Assembly (NCBI GenBank): GCA_039666455.1
Contig: JAVSLW010000010.1
Coordinates: 28,432-60,431 of the forward strand
From: Methanobacterium sp.
GTDB lineage: Archaea > Methanobacteriota > Methanobacteria > Methanobacteriales > Methanobacteriaceae
Direction of reading: 5' to 3'
Length of the DNA: 32,000 nt
Part shown: positions 1 through 8,615 of the stretch, piece after piece
How positions within the stretch are numbered: position 1 is the first letter of the stretch
Layout of the letters: every line of letters starts with the position of its first letter
The notes under the pieces: generated by a model
Told to the model about the DNA's origin: nothing
Databases searched by the model: none
The model's input: the letters and a program-made list of their open reading frames with translations, nothing else
Made by a program: the position numbers and the translations under genes

Positions 1-2
1 CC

Positions 3-179
3 TTATTTCTCCTCTCCCACATCAACATTAAATCCGGTTAATACTGTATTACTTCTTATTAAAACTGTATCTGTGTCCCACTTAGATGCAATCTCATAAT
101 ATAACTCCACATCTGCGTTAAAACCTGTTATTCTACTATCAAGGCCCACAGCATGGTATAAAATTACTTTTGGCAGCAT
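3..179 (-). CDS. short 58-aa ORF resembling the N-terminus of RibD-C/DHFR-like reductases; possibly truncated
   Basis: Manual minus-strand translation gives ATG at 179-177, then MLPKVILYHAVGLDSRITGFNADVELYYEIASKWDTDTVLIRSNTVLTGFNVDVGEEK, then TAA at 5-3. It falls below the ORF-track length cutoff. The family resemblance is by eye only. Confidence 0.25.
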   Translation of the reverse strand: MLPKVILYHAVGLDSRITGFNADVELYYEIASKWDTDTVLIRSNTVLTGFNVDVGEEK

Positions 180-405
180 TTAATTCCTACCTAATTAACA
201 CCTGTTTATATTCTTTCTATATTTAATTTATGCTTGCATAATGTTTAAAAGGCTTAAAACTGAAGATTAATAATGTAAAAACAAAATTTTGAATTAATTA
301 AATTTATAAAGAAACAAATTTAATATGCCTCATTTAAGTATGAACCTTCAAAAGTATTCCCATACAATCTTCTAAACAACATAAAATTTCAAAATTTAAA
401 TCATT

Positions 406-1077
406 TTATGAACTTATTTTTTCAAAATCAAAATCAGGCTTTATAAAACGCGTAGTGTAATTAATAAAACTTCCCTCCACATTATCCAAAATAAAACCTG
501 CAGCTTCGCATTGTTTTACGGTGGTTGATTTAAAGGGATAATCAGGATCTGGTAAAAATTCTGTCACTGCAAGTATACCTTCAGGTTTTAAAACTCTTTT
601 GATTTCTTGAAGTGCTTTTCTTCTATCCTTAACTTCCTGTAAAACTGCAACCATATACACAAGATCAAAATAATTGTCTTTAAATGGCATTTTACAAATA
701 TCTCCTTCTACCATGAATATATTACTGATATCCCTGTTTTCAAATCGCATTAATTTCATGCGGAGCTGTTTCAGCATCTCTTCCTGGATATCAAAGGCAT
801 ATATTTTCCCTTTAGTTCCAACAGCCCTTGCAACATAATTTGTAAATGCTCCACTTCCACATCCTGCCTCTAAGACATTCATCCCTTCATTAATACCACT
901 TCTTTTAATCAATTTATCTGGAGGCTGAATTATCCTTCGATAATCGCTATCTAAATATTTTCCCATAAATGCAGGTATAGGATGAGGATGTATTTTACCT
1001 ATAATGCTCAGTAAAATCCATAAAAAGATAAAAAAGACAGAAATTAAAGCTATGATAGTTATTAAGGATATTTGCAT
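406..1077 (-). CDS. class I SAM-dependent methyltransferase with an N-terminal transmembrane anchor
   Basis: The N-terminus is hydrophobic (ISLITIIALISVFFIFLWILLSII). SAM-binding motif I is present (VLEAGCGSGAFT), followed by post-I/II-like IYAFDIQ and FDLVYMVAVLQEV. Confidence 0.8.
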   Translation of the reverse strand: MQISLITIIALISVFFIFLWILLSIIGKIHPHPIPAFMGKYLDSDYRRIIQPPDKLIKRSGINEGMNVLEAGCGSGAFTNYVARAVGTKGKIYAFDIQEEMLKQLRMKLMRFENRDISNIFMVEGDICKMPFKDNYFDLVYMVAVLQEVKDRRKALQEIKRVLKPEGILAVTEFLPDPDYPFKSTTVKQCEAAGFILDNVEGSFINYTTRFIKPDFDFEKISS

Positions 1078-1276
1078 TATTTCACCTCAAACTGTAAAAA
1101 TTATTATGGATATTATTAATTATATACAGTTGTTTTTTATTATAAATATTTATTAATGTATGCAGCTGTTATTATTTCTAATTCTTCTATAACCAAAAAT
1201 ATTTATAGAAAAGAGGGAAAATATAGTTTTTTCCACAAAAATTATTTCAAATTAGATCATCTAGATAAAATCTTTT

Positions 1277-1348
1277 AGTCCCTTGGGGTAGTGGCAATCC
1301 TGAGAGGCTCTGGACCTTTCGACGGCGGTTCGACTCCGCCAGGGACTA
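1277..1348 (+). tRNA. tRNA-Gln (anticodon CUG)
   Basis: A hand-folded cloverleaf fits. Acceptor is AGTCCCT/AGGGACT. Anticodon stem is AGAGG/CCTTT with loop CTCTGGA, giving anticodon CTG. The T-arm is GGCGG-TTCGACT-CCGCC and the discriminator is A. No CCA is encoded. A T6 run follows. Confidence 0.85.
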
Positions 1349-1351
1349 CTC

Positions 1352-1357
1352 TTTTTT
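1352..1357 (+). terminator. oligo-T tract after the tRNA (archaeal-type terminator)
   Basis: A TTTTTT run starts 4 nt after the tRNA 3' end. Archaeal RNA polymerase terminates at oligo-T tracts. Confidence 0.5.
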
Positions 1358-1464
1358 CAAATAGATCTATAAATTCTTTTAATTTATTTCCAGCTTTCCA
1401 GTGACTTCGAAGCTGGTTTTGGATGATTACTGGAAAATACTATCTTTAAACCCGTTGATATCAT

Positions 1465-1587
1465 TTATATAATTTGTATTCTATCTTAGGCGTGAAACCT
1501 TCAGCGAAACAGTCCTGTTGACCAGGTTATATAATTTGTATTCTATCTCATGGTTTTTAAAAATTCTCATATAATTGTTCTATCTCT
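1465..1587 (+). repeat. direct repeats TTATATAATTTGTATTCTATCT (two perfect copies plus one degenerate)
   Basis: Perfect 22-mers lie at 1465-1486 and 1527-1548. A degenerate copy, CATATAATTGTTCTATCTCT, lies at 1568-1587. Confidence 0.85.
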
Positions 1588-1758
1588 GTAACCACGTTTG
1601 ATTTCCAATTCAAACCTAAAAGGTCTTCAACTACTATCAAAAGGTTTAACATATTTTTTTATGCGCAAGTCGTTTATTTAATGTCTGTAAAACTAATTTA
1701 GATGAGTAGCATGCTACTAATTGTAAACAGCAGAAAAACAGCACCTATCTCTGCTCTG

Positions 1759-1833
1759 CCAAACTACTTTACGATTAGGCAGGTGTCCCACTTTTTATCA
1801 AAATCTGTAAATACATGCAAACTACTTTATGAT
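1759..1833 (+). repeat. direct repeat CAAACTACTTTAYGAT (two copies)
   Basis: CCAAACTACTTTACGAT at 1759-1775 and GCAAACTACTTTATGAT at 1817-1833. Confidence 0.8.
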
Positions 1834-1856
1834 GTAATACCATGTTATTATTAATT

Positions 1857-1872
1857 TTACACTTGAAATGCA
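1857..1872 (+). repeat. mini-ORB-like box, forward orientation
   Basis: TTACACTTGAAATGCA. Its reverse complement recurs at 1925-1937 and 1938-1949. Confidence 0.6.
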
Positions 1873-1924
1873 CCTCTCTCTTTGAACATTTATATAGTTT
1901 AAAAACAATCTTAATAGGCAGAGG

Positions 1925-1949
1925 GCATTTCAAGTGTTTCAAGTGTAAA
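1925..1949 (-). repeat. two adjacent mini-ORB-like boxes, reverse orientation
   Basis: GCATTTCAAGTGT at 1925-1937 and TTCAAGTGTAAA at 1938-1949 are reverse complements of ACACTTGAAATGC and TTTACACTTGAA. Together with 1857-1872 they form an inverted arrangement. Confidence 0.6.
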
Positions 1950-2004
1950 TATATTGCAAGTGCATTCGAAATCTCTGATTTTGCATGGTTTCGAAAATCA
2001 TAGA

Positions 2005-2046
2005 TTTTCGACGGCTACGTGTTTGACGGCTTTGTTTTCGACGGTA
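2005..2046 (+). repeat. three phased TTTYGACGG boxes with about 15-bp spacing
   Basis: TTTTCGACGGC at 2005-2015, GTTTGACGGC at 2021-2030 and TTTTCGACGG at 2035-2044. They lie 45-85 bp upstream of the cdc6 ATG. Confidence 0.7.
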
Positions 2047-2090
2047 CCTCTGTCTTCTCAAACATTGAAGATTATAATAGAGTGGTTTAG

Positions 2091-3239
2091 ATGAATATTT
2101 TTGAAGAGCTTGGAGAAAAAAATACTGTTTTTAAATGCAAAAAATTCCTGGATCACAGGTTTTTGCCGGATAAATTGCCTCACAGGGAAGAACAAATAAG
2201 ATCTGTTGCCAAATACTGGATTGAAGCTTTGAATAATGTAACTCCTCCTGATGTAACAATATACGGTAAAACAGGCACCGGTAAAACTGCAGTTGCAAAA
2301 TTTGCAAAAAAACAGTTATTACAGGTTGCAAAGAATAAAAACATGAATGTAAGGGTAGAATATGTAAGATGCACAGATTACACTACTGAATACCAGGTTA
2401 TAGCCCATTTATGCCAGCAATTAGGTCAAAATGTTCCTTACAGGGGCTGGACCAAAGCAGAAGTTATTCGTTCATTTAGAAATCTCTTTAAAAAAAATGT
2501 TTTTGGAAAAGATCTGATTTTAATCATTCTCCTTGATGAAATTGATATACTGCTTAAAAATGATGGCGATGGATTGCTTTACACCCTCACAAGGACTGAC
2601 AATGTTGCCATTGCCTCCATAAGTAACTATGTTGAATTTAAAAAGTTCATAAAACCACGTGTGAAAAGTAGTTTACGAGATAGAGAAATTGTGTTCCCCC
2701 CATACAACGCACAACAACTGGTAGATATTTTAGAAGAAAGAGCTGAAATGTCTTTTAGAGAAAATGTGGTAAGTGATGATGTAATTCCACTTTGTGCAGC
2801 TCTAGCAGCAAAAGAAGAGGGTGATGCAAGATATGCACTTGATCTTCTCCGGACATCTGGTGAACTTGCAGATGAAAAGGGCTCAGAAATTATTCATGAA
2901 GAATATGTAAGAGAAGCAAAGGACTATATTGAACATAACAAAGTTACAGATATTATAATGACCCTTCCAAGCCAGCAGCAGAAAGTACTGGAGTCACTAC
3001 TTTATCTAACCAGGCGAAAAGAAGAAATAACATCCGGAAGGCTATATGAAGTTTATAAGGAATTTTCCAAAGGGGATTCTGTATCTTATAGGCGTATATT
3101 TGATTTTATAAATGAATTAGAAATGCTTGGACTTATTTCAACTAAAACCGTTTCCAGAGGTAGGGGGAAGGGCAGGACAAATATAATTGACTTACAATGT
3201 GAACTCAATCTTCTTGAGGATGCTATGTGGAATGCATGA
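2091..3239 (+). CDS. cdc6: Orc1/Cdc6 replication initiator (AAA+ ATPase with a winged-helix domain)
   Basis: Walker A is GKTGTGKT and Walker B is LLDEID. The N-terminus carries the typical LPHREEQI motif. The C-terminal winged-helix region is present ([16 protein letters not shown]...GRGKGRT). Confidence 0.95.
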   Translation: MNIFEELGEKNTVFKCKKFLDHRFLPDKLPHREEQIRSVAKYWIEALNNVTPPDVTIYGKTGTGKTAVAKFAKKQLLQVAKNKNMNVRVEYVRCTDYTTEYQVIAHLCQQLGQNVPYRGWTKAEVIRSFRNLFKKNVFGKDLILIILLDEIDILLKNDGDGLLYTLTRTDNVAIASISNYVEFKKFIKPRVKSSLRDREIVFPPYNAQQLVDILEERAEMSFRENVVSDDVIPLCAALAAKEEGDARYALDLLRTSGELADEKGSEIIHEEYVREAKDYIEHNKVTDIIMTLPSQQQKVLESLLYLTRRKEEITSGRLYEVYKEFSKGDSVSYRRIFDFINELEMLGLISTKTVSRGRGKGRTNIIDLQCELNLLEDAMWNA

Positions 3240-3296
3240 TTCCCTCAAAATTGTTATTTCCCCGACCGAAAACAAGTTTTCGAGGGCCCCAAAATC

Positions 3297-4211
3297 TTAG
3301 ATTTTGATGGCTTTCAATAGAGCCATCCTAACAGGTACTCCATAAAAGGCTTGCTCAAAATATTTTCCATGCTTGCTATTATCCACATCATGGGCTATTT
3401 CATCAACCCTCGGTAAAGGATGCATTACAATGGTATTACTATCTTTTAAAAGATTATAATCAATTGTATAGCTCCCTTTAATTTTTGAATATTCTGCAGG
3501 GTCAGGGAATCTTTCTTTCTGGATTCTTGTTACATAAAGAACGTCTGTTTTGTCCAGCACATCGTGGATATTATCAGTCTCATATACCTCAACACCACTT
3601 TTTCCAAGGTCATGAAGTATTTCAGGAGGCATTTTAAGCTCTTTTGGAGATACAAAGCTCACATCAACGTTAAACATTGCCAGTGCATATGCCAATGAAT
3701 GTACAGTTCTTCCATATTTAAGATCTCCTACAAGGGCAATGTGCAGATCATCAATTTTTCCAAGAACTCGTTTCATTGTATAAAGATCGAGTAAAGTTTG
3801 GGTTGGATGTTGTCCCGCACCATCTCCAGCGTTTATCACAGGAACATCAGCAATATTAGCTGCATAACGCGCTGTTCCTTCCATATTATGTCTTATAACA
3901 AGAGCATCTGAATATTTTCCTACTATTTTAACTGTATCATTTAAATTTTCTCCCTTGGTAGCTGAACTTGTCCCGGCTTCTGAAAATCCAATGGTACTTC
4001 CTCCAAGTCTTTTCATTGCAGCTTCAAAGGATAAACGTGTCCTGGTTGATGGTTCGTAAAAAAGCATTCCCAGAAGCTTTCCAGATAAAATATTGGATTT
4101 TTTTTCTGATCTGGCAATGGGTTCCATCTTTTCAGATATTTTAAGGATGTATTCTATATCTTTTTTGCTAAGGTCCCTTATTGAAATAATATTTTTTTGA
4201 CTGAAGCTCAT
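3297..4211 (-). CDS. pyrB: aspartate carbamoyltransferase catalytic subunit
   Basis: Hallmark motifs are present: STRTRLSFE (carbamoyl-phosphate binding), HPTQ and HPLPR. The 304-aa length is typical. Confidence 0.95.
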   Translation of the reverse strand: MSFSQKNIISIRDLSKKDIEYILKISEKMEPIARSEKKSNILSGKLLGMLFYEPSTRTRLSFEAAMKRLGGSTIGFSEAGTSSATKGENLNDTVKIVGKYSDALVIRHNMEGTARYAANIADVPVINAGDGAGQHPTQTLLDLYTMKRVLGKIDDLHIALVGDLKYGRTVHSLAYALAMFNVDVSFVSPKELKMPPEILHDLGKSGVEVYETDNIHDVLDKTDVLYVTRIQKERFPDPAEYSKIKGSYTIDYNLLKDSNTIVMHPLPRVDEIAHDVDNSKHGKYFEQAFYGVPVRMALLKAIKI

Positions 4212-4979
4212 GAATACACCACTTGATGAATTAGATCATGTTTACCTGTAAATTTACATGAACAGATTAAGTTAATAATTGTTTAATTTTAATTTACTAT
4301 TTTATTTATTATCTTTCTCTAAATTTATAAATCCATCGTTTGTTCAATTGCATGCATTTTATGTTTTAAATTCACTAATCTGTTACTGAAAGTCCTTTTT
4401 TTTATTAAATAAATAATGCAGATTTGAATTGCAAGACAGTTATTACAGTTAACAACTATTTATTGCTTTAGGGGATGTAATTTACTTTACATATTGTACA
4501 CAAGCTTTTATTACAGTTATATATTATATTTGATTAGTATTATATTCATAAATATCTTTCCGTTACAATTTATTTGTATTCTACAGCTTTTTATGTGTAC
4601 ATTGATATATATAATCTATTATATAATCTATTAAGTAATACTATTTTGTATAATTGGTTTGATTTAGTAATAACAGGTTATAAACTGGTTTAAGGTAATA
4701 CTGGCTTATAAAAGTGCTTTAATTTTGTAATACAATTATATAGAAAATTATTTATAGTAAAATCACCTTATTACAGCTTATCTTAAGTTTACTTTAAATA
4801 GTATTACCTAAAGGCGTTTTTAGCCAAATAAATATTATTGAAATAGACTTATTTTTACTAATAATGTCTTTTTTAAAAATACTATACAAATAACTTAAGT
4901 TTATCCTAAAATAAGTAAGGAGGCGTTTTAAATTAAGAAAAATCAGCAATATTTAATTATAGGATTAGTAGTTGCAATT

Positions 4980-6551
4980 TTGATAGTTTTTGCTGCAGCT
5001 TTACCATTTAGCTCGACTTCTAGAGCTGCCGATGAATTAGTAGCAGCTGTAGGAACACATGGCGGAGAGCCTGAAGCTGGTTTTGACCCCATTAACGGAT
5101 GGGCAGACGGAACAGAACCACTCATTCAAAGTACTCTTTTTAAAAGAGATAATACATCTCTTGTCAACGATTTAGCCACAAACTATTCTGTTAGTAGCGG
5201 TGGATTGACATGGACAGTTAAAATAAGAGATGATGTCAAATTCACCGATGGAGTACCTTTAACTGCAAAAGATGTTGCATTTACATTTAATAAAACAGCT
5301 AATGGCAGTAGTGGAATGGATTTATCAATGATAGAAAGCATTAAAGCTTTGGATAACACTACAATCCAGTTTAAATTAAATGATCCTCAATCAACTTTTA
5401 TTTATAAACTTGCAGGGCTGGGTATTGTCCCTGAACATGCTTACAACAATGAGACTTATGGTCAAAAGCCTGTAGGTTCTGGCCCATATAAATTTGTACA
5501 GTGGGATAAAGGCCAGCAGTTAATACTTGAAAGAAACGATGAATACTACGGTAAAAAACCATATTTTAAAAAGATAACCATTCTGTTTATGGAAGAAGAC
5601 GCTGCTTTCGCTGCAGCTAGATCAGGACGGGTTGATATAGCTGAAATCCCTGTTTCACTTGCCAATCAAACAGTAAATGGTATGAAAATAATATCTCTTG
5701 ATTCTATTGATGCTCGAGGGATCAGTTTCCCAATGCAGCCAGATGTGGGTAAAAAAACTGAAGATAACTATACAATTGGAAATAATGTGACCTCTGATGC
5801 TGCAATCAGAAAAGCATTGAATGTGGGGATTGAAAGACAGGTATTAATTGATGGCGCCTTAAACGGACAGGGAACTGAAGAATTCACTGGTGTAGACAGG
5901 TTACCCTTTGGAAATAAAGAGGCTACTTTTGAAGACGGAAATACAGATGAAGCCAAGAAAATTCTGTCTTCAGGAGGCTGGAAAGACACTGATGGTGATG
6001 GTATCTTAGAAAAAAATGGATTAAAAGCAGAATTTACTCTTACGTATCCATCTAATGACCAAACAAGACAAGCATTAGCTGTTTCAGTAGCTGAACAGGC
6101 AGGAAAGATTGGTATAAAAATAAACGTTGAAGGTAAAAGCTGGGATGAGATTGATGTATCAGCCTACTCAACCCCTAATGTTTGGGGTTACGGATCTATA
6201 GATCCAACTGATATGTATTTAAGATACTATAGCGTTCGTTCAGGAAGCGGAGAATGGAGTAAATACAACAATGTAATATTCTACAACAACTCTGCTGTGG
6301 ATAATAATTTAAGAAAGGCTATGACATCTTTTAATCAAAATACCAGTAACAAATACTGGGGAGCGGCTGCATGGGATGGGACAACAGGATATTCCCAAAA
6401 AGGCGATGCTGCATGGTTGTGGATAGCGACTCTTAAGTACGTCTACATCGTGGATGATAGTTTAGATATTGGAACTCCTGGGCTCCAGCCCCACGGTGCA
6501 GATATCTTTAACAATATCTATGAGTGGAAACGTACCCATCAAAATAGCTAA
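4980..6551 (+). CDS. ABC transporter substrate-binding protein, family 5 (Opp/Dpp/Nik type)
   Basis: It has a signal-peptide-like N-terminus and SBP_bac_5-like sequence (GPYKFVQWDKGQQLILERNDEYYG), and it leads a five-gene transporter operon. The true start is probably upstream: the frame is open from 4932 (ATT), 8 nt after a strong AAGGAGG at 4917-4923. That start would add IKKNQQYLIIGLVVAI to the signal peptide. Confidence 0.85.
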   Translation: MIVFAAALPFSSTSRAADELVAAVGTHGGEPEAGFDPINGWADGTEPLIQSTLFKRDNTSLVNDLATNYSVSSGGLTWTVKIRDDVKFTDGVPLTAKDVAFTFNKTANGSSGMDLSMIESIKALDNTTIQFKLNDPQSTFIYKLAGLGIVPEHAYNNETYGQKPVGSGPYKFVQWDKGQQLILERNDEYYGKKPYFKKITILFMEEDAAFAAARSGRVDIAEIPVSLANQTVNGMKIISLDSIDARGISFPMQPDVGKKTEDNYTIGNNVTSDAAIRKALNVGIERQVLIDGALNGQGTEEFTGVDRLPFGNKEATFEDGNTDEAKKILSSGGWKDTDGDGILEKNGLKAEFTLTYPSNDQTRQALAVSVAEQAGKIGIKINVEGKSWDEIDVSAYSTPNVWGYGSIDPTDMYLRYYSVRSGSGEWSKYNNVIFYNNSAVDNNLRKAMTSFNQNTSNKYWGAAAWDGTTGYSQKGDAAWLWIATLKYVYIVDDSLDIGTPGLQPHGADIFNNIYEWKRTHQNS

Positions 6552-6629
6552 TCAGCTAAAATAGATAAAAAAAGGCGGAATTTGTTTATAAGAACATATG
6601 AGTAAAACACGAGAAATATAAAAATTTTT

Positions 6630-6666
6630 CAGTGTTTACTTCTTTATTTTTTAAGTAAAGCCACTG
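6630..6666 (+). promoter_or_regulatory. intercistronic hairpin between the binding-protein and permease genes
   Basis: CAGTGTTTACTT (6630-6641) pairs with AAGTAAAGCCACTG (6653-6666), leaving a GC bulge and an 11-nt T-rich loop. The hairpin ends 1 nt before the permease ATG at 6668. Confidence 0.4.
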
Positions 6667-6667
6667 G

Positions 6668-7699
6668 ATGGAGGAAAATACAGTGAAACATGAAAAATTA
6701 TTGAGATTTACCCGGCGTGAGAAATTACTAGGCTTTGCTGGGAAAAAGACCCTTAAATTAATAAGCCTTTTAATTGGGGTCTGTCTTGCCAGTTTCTGGC
6801 TTGTTGAACAGTCTCCAGTAGACCCAGTTAGGGCATATATTGGGGAAATGTCAGTAACTCCGGAAAAACAAGCCCAACTTGAAGAATACTGGGGCGTTAA
6901 TAAACCTCCACAGGAAAAATTCTTAAACTGGGCTGGAAATATTCTAAAAGGAGATTTTGGAATTTCATTGATTTATAGAATTCCAGTTATTGATGTGATT
7001 AAAGAAAGATTTACAGCATCATTGATTCTTATGGCGACTTCCTGGCTAATTTCAGGAATTTTAGGTTTTATCCTGGGAATAATAGCAGGGATGAGAAAAG
7101 GAACGTGGATAGATAAAGTGATAAAAACTTATTGCTACACTTTAGCCGCCACTCCGACGTTCTGGCTGGCGTTGATTTTTTTAATGGTATTTTCAGTGTA
7201 TTTAGGGTGGTTCCCCATAGGATTAAGCGTACCTATAGGTGTTACAGCAGGTAATGTGACCTTTTTGGACTGGCTGCATCATTTAATTCTCCCTGCACTA
7301 ACTTTAAGTTTACTTGGAGTTGCCAAAATTGCAATGTTCACCCGGGAAAAGTTAACAGAAGTTCTATCAAGTGATTACGTATTATTTGCAAATGCAAGAG
7401 GTGAAAAAGGATTGAATCTTGTACTGCGACATGGAATTAGAAATGTTGCACTTCCAGCAGTTACATTACAGTTTTTAGGGTTCAGTGAATTGTTTGGAGG
7501 GGCAGTTCTGGTTGAACAGGTATTTTCATATCCTGGAATTGGACAGGCCGCGGTAGAAGCTGGATTAAGATCCGATGTACCTCTACTTTTAGGAATAGTC
7601 CTCGTAAGTGCCTTATTTGTCTTCTTTGGAAATACGATAGCAGATGTTATATATGAATTCGTTGATCCAAGGATAAAACAGGAGGAGGCAGCGTCATGA
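6668..7699 (+). CDS. ABC transporter permease (DppB/OppB/NikB-like)
   Basis: It is multi-TM with a BPD_transp_1-type EAA loop region (ARGEKGLNLVLRHGIRNVALP). The C-terminus DPRI is typical of this family. Confidence 0.9.
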   Translation: MEENTVKHEKLLRFTRREKLLGFAGKKTLKLISLLIGVCLASFWLVEQSPVDPVRAYIGEMSVTPEKQAQLEEYWGVNKPPQEKFLNWAGNILKGDFGISLIYRIPVIDVIKERFTASLILMATSWLISGILGFILGIIAGMRKGTWIDKVIKTYCYTLAATPTFWLALIFLMVFSVYLGWFPIGLSVPIGVTAGNVTFLDWLHHLILPALTLSLLGVAKIAMFTREKLTEVLSSDYVLFANARGEKGLNLVLRHGIRNVALPAVTLQFLGFSELFGGAVLVEQVFSYPGIGQAAVEAGLRSDVPLLLGIVLVSALFVFFGNTIADVIYEFVDPRIKQEEAAS

Positions 7700-8550
7700 A
7701 TACTACAGCAACGTTGAAAAAGGGATTATTTGGAGGGCTGAATTTAAGACAAAAGACCCTTTTAATAATAGGTTTTATGTCGCTTTTACTGCTTGCAATT
7801 GTGATTTCTAGCCTGGTTTTAGGTGGCGAATCATTACCCACTAATTTCGGCTCTAAAAATCTTGCCCCTTCTCTGGAACATCCATTTGGAACAGATTGGA
7901 TGGGGAGAAACATGTTCATAAGAACTCTGGAAGGGCTTGGCCTAAGTATAATGAGTGGAACTGTTGCTTCCATATTCAGTACAATACTGGCTATAATTTT
8001 AGGGCTACTTTCAAGCGTAGGGAAGAAAACAGATTCTTTTGTATCCTGGCTGGTAGATCTGTTTCTTTCAATTCCTCATCTCCTTTTAATAATCCTTATT
8101 TCTATTGGATTAGGGGGAGGGGCAATAGGAGTTATTGCTGGAGTTGCATTAACCCACTGGACAAGCCTAACAAGGGTTGTAAGGGCAGAAATTAAGCAGC
8201 TTAAAACCCAGGAATATATTCATATATCCAGAAATCTTGGCAGGTCCAAATGGTGGATAGCTACAAAACACATATTTCCTCACTTAATTCCCCAGATACT
8301 ACTTGGAACCATTTTAATGTTTCCACACGCAATTTTACACGAAGCTTCAGTCACATTTTTAGGTTTTGGGCTTTCACCCCACGAACCAGCAATCGGTATA
8401 ATTTTATCAGAGTCCATGAAGTACCTGTCGGCAGGATACTGGTGGCTTGCATTCTTCCCTGGATTAGCGCTACTAATTGTAGTCCTGGTGTTTGATATGA
8501 TAGGAGATAATTTAGGAAAGCTGATGGATCCAAAAAGCGCTCATGAATGA
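7696..8550 (+). CDS. ABC transporter permease (DppC/OppC/NikC-like)
   Basis: It overlaps the upstream permease by 4 nt (ATGA). HPFGTDWMGRNMF is the typical DppC N-terminal motif. It is multi-TM. Confidence 0.9.
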   Translation: MNTTATLKKGLFGGLNLRQKTLLIIGFMSLLLLAIVISSLVLGGESLPTNFGSKNLAPSLEHPFGTDWMGRNMFIRTLEGLGLSIMSGTVASIFSTILAIILGLLSSVGKKTDSFVSWLVDLFLSIPHLLLIILISIGLGGGAIGVIAGVALTHWTSLTRVVRAEIKQLKTQEYIHISRNLGRSKWWIATKHIFPHLIPQILLGTILMFPHAILHEASVTFLGFGLSPHEPAIGIILSESMKYLSAGYWWLAFFPGLALLIVVLVFDMIGDNLGKLMDPKSAHE

Positions 8551-8615
8551 ATAAAATATTTGGGACCCTTGTATAATTCAAATAGCTGTAAAATTTTGGT
8601 TAAAAGGTGTGAAAT

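Larger units (their letters stand above)
1380..2090. other. putative chromosomal replication origin (oriC) directly upstream of orc1/cdc6
   Basis: This is a 710-bp non-coding, AT-rich region abutting orc1/cdc6. It contains several repeat families, including inverted copies of a TTACACTTGAAAT-like box (mini-ORB-like) flanking an AT-rich spacer at 1873-1924. Confidence 0.65.

Noticed and set aside
1465-1587. Possible mini-CRISPR array, suggested by the 22-bp direct repeats with spacers of about 40 bp
   Set aside because: There are only two perfect copies and one degenerate copy. The repeats are AT-rich and non-palindromic, and their spacing is irregular. No cas genes are present. The position next to orc1/cdc6 fits origin iterons better.
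1277-2090. Integrated element at the tRNA-Gln 3' end
   Set aside because: I saw no duplication of the tRNA 3' segment downstream. There is no integrase or other mobile-element gene. The adjacent region is explained by the origin.
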